Assembly: GCA_963749915.1 (NCBI GenBank)
Contig: CAVVOP010000021.1
Location: 704,001-768,000, forward strand
Length of the DNA: 64,000 nucleotides
Direction of reading: 5' to 3'
DNA from: an uncultured cyanobacterium
Lineage (GTDB): Bacteria; Cyanobacteriota; Cyanobacteriia; Cyanobacteriales; Cyanobacteriaceae
The translations under genes and the position numbers were made by a program. The notes below the pieces were generated by a model, which had not been told where the DNA came from, made no database searches, and worked only from the letters and a program-made list of their open reading frames with translations. Below, in pieces: positions 18,458-27,342 of the stretch (its first letter is position 1; each line of letters opens with the position of its first letter).

Positions 18458-21367
18458 ATGGAAGAGCAAACTTTAAATGTCTCACTGCTGTCCCCTGTCA
18501 GTGATCTGATTTCGGGGGCAGGCACTGATCTCGATCTCATTTTCGGACGGGCCGGGAATGACGTTTTTTATCCGTTTGATCCGCTGGAAGATACTGATGC
18601 CCTGATCAATATTGACATTCTGTTTGGTGATATCTTTGACAACACACCAGAGGAATTTGAGGTCACGCTTGGCCTTGCAGGGGGCGACCCATTTGCCATC
18701 CTAAATGCGGATATTCCATCGATCGGAGCCGATCGATTTGTCCTAGGAGATGAATTTAGACCATATTATACAAGCTCCAATCCGCTCTCTCTGATAACCA
18801 CCAACTTCCTAGGGTTTAATGATTTTGCCCTCATTTATGATTTTGACCCTAATCAAGATACGATCCAACTTAACGGCGATAAAGATGACTACTTGTTGGT
18901 GAAAATAGATGCTCTCTCAGTTAGTGCGATCGCTGGGGGTGAGGCTGTCCCTGGCGACGTAACTGATTTCTCTGGCTATGCACTCTTTTCCCTGGAGTCT
19001 GGCGTCCCTGATGTGGTCAGTTTAATTGCCCAGAAGCCGGACGTGGAATTAAAGCTGGATGATGACGGGTTCCTATTTGTCGGTGATAAACCCGAGGACG
19101 ATCCTGAGGATAAGAAGATTGGCCAGTTTGGCACCACTGGCCTCGATTACGGCTATGCCGTGGCCACTGACACCTATGGCAACCTGTATGTTGCTGGCAC
19201 GACCAGCGGTTCTCTGAATGGCCCCAACCAAGGATCCTCTGATGTTTGGGTTACCAAATATAACTCCAGCGGCAATCAGGTTTTTGCCAAGCAGTTCGGG
19301 TCTGCGGCTGGAGAATCCGTCACCGAAATTATCACCGATAAGGATGGTAATTTCTATCTGGCGGGAAGTACCACCGGCAGCTTTGTTGACACCTTAAAGT
19401 CCACCAGAGGCTCAGATGCTTGGGTGGCTAAATATAGCAGCAACGGCACGATGCTGTGGGGGCGTCAGTTTGGCAGTAGTGCTGCTCAGACGCTGCCGGG
19501 AGATGAGTTTGGCTTCTCCACCAGTGCCTTTGGTTTGCAACTCGATGCCAATGGCGACGTCTATCTGTCTGGACTCACCATCAATGATAACTGGAAAGGA
19601 ATCCTAGACTTTCCGGTCGAGGATGATTCCTGGGTGATCAAGCTGGATGGTGCAACGGGTAACAATGAGTGGACCACCAGCACCAAAATTACGCCGCCGC
19701 CCCAAGATGTAGATCCCAACTTCCCCTTCTTAGCAGCCTTTAGTCCCTTCTTTGATGAAAGCTACGATCTCGCCGTTGACTCCCAAGGTAATTCCTACCT
19801 GGTGGGATGGTCCCAAGGTCTGACCACCATCTCCGACCCCAGTCGAGATTTACAAAAATACGATGTCTGGCTAGCTAAAGTGAACACCGCTGGCGAGATT
19901 GAGTGGGTGCGCCAATTTGGCAGTGCCGATCGGGGTTCAGAATTTGGTTGGGCTGTGGATACTGATGGCCAAGATAATGTCTACGTCTCCGGATGGACAA
20001 ATGGTAACCTAGGAGAACTGAGTGAGGATTTTAAGAAGGCGGCCGCGCGGGACATCTTCCTTGCCAAGTTCACCCCAGACGGTGAGATGGACTTTACCAA
20101 GCAATTTGGCTCTCCGGGCGATGATGGACAGTATTTCTCTGACATGTTCATTGATGCCTCTGACAATATTTTCTTGACGGGGTATACCGATGGTAAGTTG
20201 GGTGACGGCGACGACGACAAAAGCATCAATGCTTGGATCGGCCGCTTTGATACTGCTGGGAACAACCAATGGATTCAACAACTTGGCATCAAGGATAAAG
20301 CTGACTATGCTACCGGCGTGACCGTCAATAGTGGTGGTCAGCTGTTCGTAACTGGATTCACAGAAGGCCTATTGGGCACTAGCAGCAGTGGCAACGCGGG
20401 TTCTGCTGTCGATGCCTGGCTGGCTGAGCTCGATATCGAGAAAGGAAAACTGCAAGAATTTGAAGGGACTTCCGGAAATGTCATCAGCATCGCCGATCCT
20501 GGTGCGATCGCTGTAAGTGATGTAACTGCTCAGTTTCTAGTGGGGGATGACCTGCCTACTGGGACCAAAAATATTCCTAACCCTGGGGCCTATTACGGTG
20601 AGATTCTGGATGGCATGTCTCCCTTCTTTGACCCCAACTCCGCAAATTCCCTCCAGTCGTCCTTGATCGACGCCATGATGAATGATCCCAGTGTCTTTGG
20701 GGGCACCATGCCCAGCCTGAAGCTGGAGGGCTCTGATGGGGTCAATGATGTGCTCATGGGCTTTATGGGCGATGACGAGCTCAAAGGCAAGAAGGGGGAT
20801 GATGAACTCCATGGTCTTGCTGGTGATGACAAGCTGGAGGGCGAAGACGGCAACGATACACTTTTTGGCGGTGCCGGTGAAGATGAAGTCAAAGGTGGTA
20901 AAGACAACGATGAACTTCATGGCGATGCCGATGCTGACAAACTTAAAGGTGATGATGGTGATGACCTGCTCATCGGTGGTGCTGGTAACGATGAACTAGA
21001 GGGTGAAGATGACAACGATACGCTGATTGGTGTGAATCCGGACGCCGCTAAGGCTGGGTTTGGTGAATACGACAAATTAAAAGGCGGTAACGAAGCTGAT
21101 CTCTTTGTTCTTGGGGGGGCTAACCAAGCATACTATGTCGGTCAGGGTAATCTTGATTTCGCCCTAATCGATGACTTCAAGCTAGATCAAGGAGATATGA
21201 TTCAGCTTTACAGCAGTGCTAGCTACAGCCTGGGAGAAAATATATCTGGTCTGGAAAAGGGAACAGCTATCTTCTTTGAAGGCAATGACCTGATTGCTAT
21301 CGTCAAGGATGTCAAAGACCTCAGTCTCACTGATACCAGTGTCTTCTCCTTTGTATTAAGCGAGTAA
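18458..21367 (+). CDS. CylK/BrtB-like RTX Ca-binding plus SBBP beta-propeller protein (candidate alkyl-halide alkylating enzyme)
   Basis: N-terminal IFGRAGND / GADRFVLGD / IYDFDPNQDTIQL. Repeated D..GN.Y..G.T.G / D.W..K....G...W..QFG propeller blades. C-terminal GG.G.D nonapeptide RTX repeats. Located in a CylC-halogenase cluster. Confidence 0.72.
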   Translation: MEEQTLNVSLLSPVSDLISGAGTDLDLIFGRAGNDVFYPFDPLEDTDALINIDILFGDIFDNTPEEFEVTLGLAGGDPFAILNADIPSIGADRFVLGDEFRPYYTSSNPLSLITTNFLGFNDFALIYDFDPNQDTIQLNGDKDDYLLVKIDALSVSAIAGGEAVPGDVTDFSGYALFSLESGVPDVVSLIAQKPDVELKLDDDGFLFVGDKPEDDPEDKKIGQFGTTGLDYGYAVATDTYGNLYVAGTTSGSLNGPNQGSSDVWVTKYNSSGNQVFAKQFGSAAGESVTEIITDKDGNFYLAGSTTGSFVDTLKSTRGSDAWVAKYSSNGTMLWGRQFGSSAAQTLPGDEFGFSTSAFGLQLDANGDVYLSGLTINDNWKGILDFPVEDDSWVIKLDGATGNNEWTTSTKITPPPQDVDPNFPFLAAFSPFFDESYDLAVDSQGNSYLVGWSQGLTTISDPSRDLQKYDVWLAKVNTAGEIEWVRQFGSADRGSEFGWAVDTDGQDNVYVSGWTNGNLGELSEDFKKAAARDIFLAKFTPDGEMDFTKQFGSPGDDGQYFSDMFIDASDNIFLTGYTDGKLGDGDDDKSINAWIGRFDTAGNNQWIQQLGIKDKADYATGVTVNSGGQLFVTGFTEGLLGTSSSGNAGSAVDAWLAELDIEKGKLQEFEGTSGNVISIADPGAIAVSDVTAQFLVGDDLPTGTKNIPNPGAYYGEILDGMSPFFDPNSANSLQSSLIDAMMNDPSVFGGTMPSLKLEGSDGVNDVLMGFMGDDELKGKKGDDELHGLAGDDKLEGEDGNDTLFGGAGEDEVKGGKDNDELHGDADADKLKGDDGDDLLIGGAGNDELEGEDDNDTLIGVNPDAAKAGFGEYDKLKGGNEADLFVLGGANQAYYVGQGNLDFALIDDFKLDQGDMIQLYSSASYSLGENISGLEKGTAIFFEGNDLIAIVKDVKDLSLTDTSVFSFVLSE

Positions 21368-21371
21368 TTAT

Positions 21372-21493
21372 AAGTAGTCGAACATGAATAAACGGCTCTG
21401 GGTTAAGAACTGTTACTAAAGCTGAAACTCTTTTCGGTTCTCTGTTCCCCGTTCCCTGATCTCACAGTTAACTTGAATTGTGTCCAACTACTT
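21372..21493. mobile_element. Small MITE-like element
   Basis: Imperfect terminal inverted repeats AAGTAGTCGAACA ... TGTCCAACTACTT, with internal TGTTCCC/CGTTCCC heptamers. Confidence 0.55.
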
Positions 21494-21547
21494 GCTTTTA
21501 TAGGTTTTTGACCCTTTCCTAGCCCAGATTAATGGAGAAAAGTAAAC

Positions 21548-22861
21548 ATGGTTAGAAAAATAGATGTCAATGATACCCCATTCTTAAAGCCAGGAATTCC
21601 CTGGATTGTTGTCTTATCAATAGTGGGACTCCTGAGTATCGGGGCTAATATTGTCTATGGCCTTAGATCCACTCAGCCCCCCTCAACCTTATCAATTACC
21701 GCCTCGGAAAAGATTCCTGAAATTAAATCGGTTACGGCTCTAGGACGGCTGGAACCCCAAGGAAAAACGATCCAATTAGCACCTCCGCCAAACTTGGGGG
21801 GTGCTAAGGTCGTTGAATTGCTAGTGAAAGAGGGAGATCTCGTTAAGGCCAACCAGGTAGTGGCTATCCTCGAAAATCGAGATTTGCTCCAAGCTGCTGT
21901 GGAACAAACACAACAGGATGTTAAAGTAGCTCAAGCGAATCTGGCCATTGTCAAAGCTGGAGCTAAATCAGGGGAAATTCAGTCCCAAAATGCCACCATT
22001 AAAAGATTAGAAGCTCAGTTACAAGGAGAAAGTATCAGCTATCAAGCTAAAATCCTTCGTCTTCAAGAGAAATTACAAGGGGAAAAGGGGACTCAACAAG
22101 CAACCATTGATCGTTTGCAAGCAGAACTTCGTAATGCACAAAGTGAGTATCAACGTTATCAGCAACTTGCTGAAAATGGGGCTATCTCGGCCTCGGATTT
22201 GGATCGTCGTTCTCTGATCCTAGAAACAGCGCAAGAGAAACTAAAAGAAGCACAAGCTACTTTTAATCAAACCATTGCGACTCTAGAGCAAGATATCCGA
22301 GAGGCAAAAGCTAATGCCCAACAAGCCAAAGATACCGTATCTCAACAAATTCAAGAAGAAACAGCGGAACTCCATCGCATTACTGAGGTGCGGGATGTGG
22401 ATGTCTACAAAGCTCAAGCCGAAGTTGAAAGGGCGAAAGCTTCCCGACAAAAAGCTCGAGAAGAATTGGAATTAACCTATGTTAAAGCTCCCATAACCAG
22501 TCGCGTCCTCAAAATCTATACTTACCCTGGAGAGAGAGTGCCATCAGAGCAGAGTATTTTAGAGTTAGGCAATACAGACCAGATGATGGTAATTGCTGAA
22601 GTTTATGAAACTGATGTTGCTCAAGTAAAACCAGGACAAACTGTTAAGATTAAAAGCGAAAATGGAGCTTTTCCTGGTGAATTAGAAGGAACTGTAAGTG
22701 AGGTGGGTTGGCTCATTAACCAACAAGGAATTTTTGAAATCGATCCATCTTCAGATGTAGATAATAGAGTAGTTGAAGTTAAGATCAAATTAAATGAAGA
22801 AGAACGGGACAAATTCACCCGATTAACCTATTCACAGGTCATCGTCAAAATTTTTCTTTAA
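21548..22861 (+). CDS. DevB/HlyD-family ABC exporter membrane-fusion protein
   Basis: N-terminal TM helix, VTALGRLEPQG, LLVKEGD, long coiled coil, AEVYETD, DNRVVEVKI. Confidence 0.9.
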   Translation: MVRKIDVNDTPFLKPGIPWIVVLSIVGLLSIGANIVYGLRSTQPPSTLSITASEKIPEIKSVTALGRLEPQGKTIQLAPPPNLGGAKVVELLVKEGDLVKANQVVAILENRDLLQAAVEQTQQDVKVAQANLAIVKAGAKSGEIQSQNATIKRLEAQLQGESISYQAKILRLQEKLQGEKGTQQATIDRLQAELRNAQSEYQRYQQLAENGAISASDLDRRSLILETAQEKLKEAQATFNQTIATLEQDIREAKANAQQAKDTVSQQIQEETAELHRITEVRDVDVYKAQAEVERAKASRQKAREELELTYVKAPITSRVLKIYTYPGERVPSEQSILELGNTDQMMVIAEVYETDVAQVKPGQTVKIKSENGAFPGELEGTVSEVGWLINQQGIFEIDPSSDVDNRVVEVKIKLNEEERDKFTRLTYSQVIVKIFL

Positions 22862-22887
22862 TTAACTCAAGGTTGAAATCTCTACTT

Positions 22888-24039
22888 ATGATAAAAACTT
22901 CTTTAGCTTGGTTACAATTAAACCACCAAAAAACTCGCCTCTTAATCGCATTAGCAGGAGTCGGTTTTGCTGATATGCTGATGTTTATTCAGCTTGGGTT
23001 TCAAGCTGCACTTTTTGAAAGTAATGTCAGATTTCACAAAAGTTTTCGAGGAGATCTTTTTTTAATTAGTCCTGACTCTCGTTCTACTATATCGATGGAA
23101 GCTTTTTCTCGCACGCGGATCTATCAATCCCTAGCTATTGAGGGGGTTCAATCAACTACTACGGTCTATATGGATTTTGCTTCTTGGAAAAATCCCGTTA
23201 ATCGCAGTACCCGTACTTTACTTATTGTTGGCTTAAATCCTGATAGTAATCCTCTGAATTTACCAGGTTTATCAAAAACAATTGCTTCGATTAAACACAG
23301 AGATGTTTATTTATTTGATGCCCTATCTAGGGAAGAATTTGGACCTGTTCCCTCCTTACTTGAGGAGAAAAAGAGTGTTACAGCAGAAATAAACGATCAT
23401 CGCGTTAAAATTGGAGGATTATTTGCTTTAGGAGCTTCTTTTGCCGCTGATGGAAATCTCATCACTAGTGATATTAATTTTCATCGTCTTTTGCCTGACA
23501 GAGATCGAAGTTTGATTGATGTTGGGGTTATTCACTTAAATGAGAATGCTGATTTACAGTTAGTTCAAAAAGCTTTAACAGAGAAACTCCCACCAGATGT
23601 TAGAATTTTATCTAAGGAAGAGTTTATTGAGTGGGAGAAACACTATTGGAAAACTAGTACTGCGATTGGATTTATCTTTTCCATGGGAACCGGAATTGGT
23701 TTTATGGTTGGAGTTTTAATTGTTTATCAAATTCTCTATACTGATATCTCAGATCGCCTACCCGAATATGCAACTTTAAAAGCAATTGGTTATAAAAATC
23801 GTTACTTTATTTTGGTTGTTTTTCAAGAAGCAATTATCTTAGCAATATTAGGTTATATTCCAGGTATTTCAATAACAATGATACTGTACTCATTGGCAGC
23901 AGGTGCTACAAATTTACCGATTATTATGACTATAACTAGGGCTATTACTGTTTTAACCTTAACTATTATAATGTGTTCTGTGTCTGGACTAATTGCAATT
24001 CGTAGACTTAATGCTGCCGATCCATCTGACCTTTATTAA
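22888..24039 (+). CDS. devC: DevC-family ABC transporter permease
   Basis: LAWLQL...RLLIALAGVGFADMLMFIQLGFQ, GASFAADG, YQILYTD...EYATLKAIGY, ADPSDLY. Confidence 0.88.
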   Translation: MIKTSLAWLQLNHQKTRLLIALAGVGFADMLMFIQLGFQAALFESNVRFHKSFRGDLFLISPDSRSTISMEAFSRTRIYQSLAIEGVQSTTTVYMDFASWKNPVNRSTRTLLIVGLNPDSNPLNLPGLSKTIASIKHRDVYLFDALSREEFGPVPSLLEEKKSVTAEINDHRVKIGGLFALGASFAADGNLITSDINFHRLLPDRDRSLIDVGVIHLNENADLQLVQKALTEKLPPDVRILSKEEFIEWEKHYWKTSTAIGFIFSMGTGIGFMVGVLIVYQILYTDISDRLPEYATLKAIGYKNRYFILVVFQEAIILAILGYIPGISITMILYSLAAGATNLPIIMTITRAITVLTLTIIMCSVSGLIAIRRLNAADPSDLY

Positions 24040-24096
24040 GCAGTAATTTAACAGAACAAAAAGCCTTAATTAGACCAGTCATAAAATGTTTTAATC

Positions 24097-24681
24097 ATGA
24101 AAAAATTAGTCCTAGCTACGAGTAATGCTGGTAAACTCAAGGAAATCCAAGAACATTTACAAGTATTTGACCTTGAATTAGTTTTAAAACCTCCAGAATT
24201 GGAGGTAGAAGAAACGGGGATAACTTTTATAGAAAATGCTATCCTCAAGGCCTCACAAGTGGCCAAAGTATTAAAAGAATGGTCGATCGCCGATGATTCT
24301 GGTTTAATGGTTACAGCATTAAATGGTCGACCCGGCATTTTTTCGGCTAGATATGGTAAAACAGATCTCCATCGCATTCATCGCTTATTGCAAGAATTAA
24401 ATGGTCAAACTAATCGTAAAGCCCAATTTGTCTGTGCAGTGGCGATCGCAAATCCTCAAGGAGAAATAGTGATTAAAACCGAGGGTATTTGTGAGGGAGA
24501 AATATTGACAGAAATGAAAGGAGAAAGAGGTTTTGGTTATGATCCGATTTTTTTTGTGCCTGAATTTAAGCAAACCTTTGCACAGATGCCACCAGAATTG
24601 AAACGGAAAATAAGTCATCGAGGAAAAGCCTTTGCGTCCCTAACACCCTTACTAAAATCCCCAGAGTTCGGAGCTGGTTAG
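24097..24681 (+). CDS. rdgB: Non-canonical purine NTP pyrophosphatase (RdgB/HAM1)
   Basis: LATSNAGKLKE, ADDSGL, PGIFSARY, GFGYDPIF, SHRGKA. Confidence 0.95.
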   Translation: MKKLVLATSNAGKLKEIQEHLQVFDLELVLKPPELEVEETGITFIENAILKASQVAKVLKEWSIADDSGLMVTALNGRPGIFSARYGKTDLHRIHRLLQELNGQTNRKAQFVCAVAIANPQGEIVIKTEGICEGEILTEMKGERGFGYDPIFFVPEFKQTFAQMPPELKRKISHRGKAFASLTPLLKSPEFGAG

Positions 24682-24750
24682 TGTATGATTTCATGCAAAG
24701 TTTGACCCTTGTGCTAATCCGATCCGAGTCTGAATGCTCAATATTGAGTT

Positions 24751-24930
24751 TTAATAGGAAACTAAACGCATACTCAAATCTAACCAAGTAGAGCGGGTAA
24801 TCGGTGCGCTACTGGATATATAGTCTATTCCTGTCTTCGCCACTTCCCGAATATTGTCTAAGGTAATATTGCCCGATGCCTCGATTTTGATTTGACTGTT
24901 TTTACTGCAGATGAGTTTCACGGCTTCAGG
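24751..24930 (-). pseudogene. nadC: 3' fragment of nicotinate-nucleotide pyrophosphorylase
   Basis: IEASGNITLDNIREVAKTGIDYISSSAPITRSTWLDLSMR matches the QAPRTase C-terminus; the N-terminal part is absent. Confidence 0.8.
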
Positions 24931-24933
24931 AGT

Positions 24934-24967
24934 GTAGGTTGGGTTGCTCGATGGCAAAACCCAACAA
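24934..24967. repeat. REP-like palindrome GTAG-GTTGGGTT...AACCCAAC
   Basis: GTAG followed by a perfect 8-bp inverted repeat; a common cyanobacterial dispersed repeat form. Confidence 0.65.
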
Positions 24968-25079
24968 AAACAACGGTTAAAATATTATGGCGAATGACCC
25001 GAAAGCCTTTCCCACAGATTTTTGTTTCACGACCTTTTAAAGTAAAAAATAAATAAGGATTTTATCTAATAAATGTATT

Positions 25080-25661
25080 TTACCAAATTGGACTTAAATC
25101 TAAAGTAAATTCAGGTAAAATATCTTCTCCCGATATAGTTTGTGGATAATCTAAAACCTCTTTTTTTTGCCCTTGACGATATATTTCTACTTGTTTTTTT
25201 TCAGGGTTAATTAACCATCCTAATTTCACTCCATTATCCATATATTCTTCCATTTTATCTTGAGTATTTTTTAATGAGTCAGTTTTTGACATTAACTCTA
25301 AAACAAAATCAGGGGCAATAGGTGAAAATTTCGTTTTTTCTTCCTCTGTTAATTCATCCCATCTTTCATTTTTTATATAAGCCACATCAGGAGACCGATT
25401 ACTGCCTTTTGGTAGTTTAAAACAAGTAGAAGAATCAAAAATTTTGCCTAATTTTTTCCTACGATTCCAAACAACAAAATCGGCATTTAACTCCGCATTA
25501 TAATTTCCAGTTTCTCCCCCCGTTGGTGACACAATAATAATCTCTCCTTTTTGATTTCGTTCTAAGTTTAGTTCGGGATTATGACGGCAGAGTTGATAAA
25601 ATTTTTCGTCATCAATTTTAGAAATTACATTCAAGTTAATAGTATAAGCATTCATTATCAT
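25080..25661 (-). CDS. Uma2 family (PD-(D/E)xK) endonuclease-like protein
   Basis: SPTGGETG, DSSTCFKLP, RSPDVAYI, APDFVLELMS, GVKLGWLINP; GGAG RBS before ATG 25661. Confidence 0.9.
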   Translation of the reverse strand: MIMNAYTINLNVISKIDDEKFYQLCRHNPELNLERNQKGEIIIVSPTGGETGNYNAELNADFVVWNRRKKLGKIFDSSTCFKLPKGSNRSPDVAYIKNERWDELTEEEKTKFSPIAPDFVLELMSKTDSLKNTQDKMEEYMDNGVKLGWLINPEKKQVEIYRQGQKKEVLDYPQTISGEDILPEFTLDLSPIW

Positions 25662-25727
25662 AATTCTCCCTTTGATCACCACTGTTCTCATGGTAACACA
25701 AACACCAAAAAACACCCCCTATTACTA

Positions 25728-25759
25728 AAAAACACCCCCTATTACTAGAGAGTGTTTTT
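25728..25759 (-). terminator. Rho-independent terminator downstream of the psbA remnant
   Basis: Minus-strand RNA AAAAACACUCUCU-AGUAAU-AGGGGGUGUUUUU pairs fully with G-U wobbles. A 20-bp tandem duplication lies at 25707-25746. Confidence 0.7.
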
Positions 25760-25799
25760 TATTATTATTTAGTTGTCATTATCACAACCAAGCTAATTT

Positions 25800-25859
25800 T
25801 TAGCCATTGATTACAGGAGCAGATACAGGTTCTGCACTTGCTAAATCTAAGGGGAAGTT
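25800..25859 (-). pseudogene. psbA: 3'-terminal remnant of photosystem II D1 gene
   Basis: Manual translation gives NFPLDLASAEPVSAPVING*; NFPLDLA is the conserved D1 C-terminus before the CtpA cleavage site. No upstream psbA sequence. Confidence 0.85.
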
Positions 25860-25936
25860 GTAGAAGTTGCTACCAATTTGCATCAATTAGCCGTAGAACA
25901 ATGTGAAAGACTAAACCTTGGTAAAATTTGTTGATT

Positions 25937-26122
25937 TCATTGGTTGGGATTATTGGGAAGTTCTCGACGAGGGAAATTTTGACATCCTTCCTGCCACCAG
26001 TCGTGCATCATGCCCCATCTACCCCACATCATGCCAGACATACCTAACAAGCCGATTAAAATAGTGAGAATCACACCAGATATAAAACCAATTGCTCCGT
26101 AAATTACAAGTTTATTGTTCAT
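25937..26122 (-). CDS. Small membrane protein with Met/Gly-rich segment (copper-island associated)
   Basis: ATG 26122 with GGAG RBS; one TM helix then GMSGMMWGRWGMMH. Confidence 0.55.
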   Translation of the reverse strand: MNNKLVIYGAIGFISGVILTILIGLLGMSGMMWGRWGMMHDWWQEGCQNFPRRELPNNPNQ

Positions 26123-26245
26123 AATTTTGTCTCCCTGAGTTAATTTACATTTTCTCCTTAGACTCGATGCGAATAATCCCTTGCAAACCAAACCAGTTAT
26201 AGCGTCGAATGCCCCATTTGCCTTTGACATAAAATTTGCTGCTTT

Positions 26246-27064
26246 TTAGGTCTTTTCGTCCTCAGTTAATCTTCTAGACTTCTTACCTAAGCGAGGCAAA
26301 AATGCTGGAGTCTGGGCAGCATAGCGATCGTATTGAGCAAAGACTTTTTCTAGACATTTATTCGCATCTTGGCGGAAGAAATTTAGCTTGACTGGTAAAC
26401 CAGCTTTGACAATAATTCTGGAGGGTTCATAGCCTTTTTTAACTTCAATATCCATTTCTTGAACTCCCTGATGTAAGATGGCATTTAGACTCATTTCATC
26501 TGTTTTTTCTGAAGGTTTATGAACATGATGATGATTAGTAGCAGGTATTTCTTGCTGATTAGAACCTTGTACTTTGACAACTCCTCTAAACATATTCATA
26601 CCACAGTGAAAAGTATATTCTCCTGCTTCTGTTGGCGTAAATTCGACAGAAGTTGTTTGATTGAGTTTTAATTCTACAGCTTTATGAAAATCTGGTAATA
26701 AAACTTTTTCCAGGCAACTACTGGGATCTTTTCTGAAGAAATTGAGTCTCACTAGTTGACCTGCCTGTACAACAATTCTATCGGGGTTATAGCCACCATC
26801 AACAGTTATTTCTAGTTCTTGAATTCCTTGATGTGATGTGGCTTGTTGAGATTTAGTTTTACTGAATAAAAACCACCAAACTTCAGCCCCAATTAATCCT
26901 AAGCCTCCTAATGTTACGAATAGTTTTAAAGGTAAAGGTTGCTCAATGCGAGAAAATTCATTGGTTGATTCTGTTGATTCTATTTTGGCATTAGAAGCTT
27001 GTGCCATACCAAATATTAAACCAAGACTTAATAGTAAAGTAAGAAATGCTTTTTGCTTGTTCAT
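26246..27064 (-). CDS. Cupredoxin-domain protein, second domain truncated and fused to a foreign 3' end
   Basis: VDGGYNPDRIVV...SSCLEKV...FHCGMNMFRG. A second repeat KKGYEPSRIIVK...CLEKV breaks off into QYDRYAAQTPAFLPRL. Confidence 0.8.
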   Translation of the reverse strand: MNKQKAFLTLLLSLGLIFGMAQASNAKIESTESTNEFSRIEQPLPLKLFVTLGGLGLIGAEVWWFLFSKTKSQQATSHQGIQELEITVDGGYNPDRIVVQAGQLVRLNFFRKDPSSCLEKVLLPDFHKAVELKLNQTTSVEFTPTEAGEYTFHCGMNMFRGVVKVQGSNQQEIPATNHHHVHKPSEKTDEMSLNAILHQGVQEMDIEVKKGYEPSRIIVKAGLPVKLNFFRQDANKCLEKVFAQYDRYAAQTPAFLPRLGKKSRRLTEDEKT

Positions 27065-27089
27065 TTTTTTTGCTCCTGAGCAATCATAA

Positions 27090-27317
27090 TTAATAAAAAT
27101 TTCTTAATTTTTCGACAATAAATAAACAAGTAATTACCCCCACAACAGAACCCATAGCTAAACCGCAATTTAAAGCCCAACGAAACTTTTCCCAAGTATG
27201 ACCAGGGAATAACATAATTCCCCTGACAACCCAGTAAATAAATTCTAGTAATAAACTAAAAATTAAAGGAACAATTAAAGCGAATTGATATTGTTTGATA
27301 ATGTTTGTTTCTGACAT
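27090..27317 (-). CDS. Small hypothetical membrane protein (possibly truncated)
   Basis: 75 aa, two hydrophobic helices, co-oriented within the operon. Confidence 0.45.
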   Translation of the reverse strand: MSETNIIKQYQFALIVPLIFSLLLEFIYWVVRGIMLFPGHTWEKFRWALNCGLAMGSVVGVITCLFIVEKLRNFY

Positions 27318-27342
27318 TTTTTTGCCTTCCTCTTAATAATAA

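Noticed and set aside
17865..18485. Short ORFs in the spacer before the RTX/propeller gene
   Set aside because: No motifs or clear RBS; the AT-rich region is more plausibly promoter/5' UTR.
20537..20999. Several overlapping ORFs in the RTX region
   Set aside because: Alternative-frame and antisense shadows of GC-rich repetitive coding sequence.
1..24039. Calling the cluster the bartoloside, cylindrocyclophane or heterocyst-glycolipid pathway
   Set aside because: No DarA/DarB, type III PKS, HMG cassette or Hgl-type iterative PKS in the visible part; only individual components are shared.
25707..25746. 20-bp direct repeat as a possible CRISPR remnant
   Set aside because: Two abutting copies with no spacer and no cas genes; it is a partial duplication of a terminator arm.
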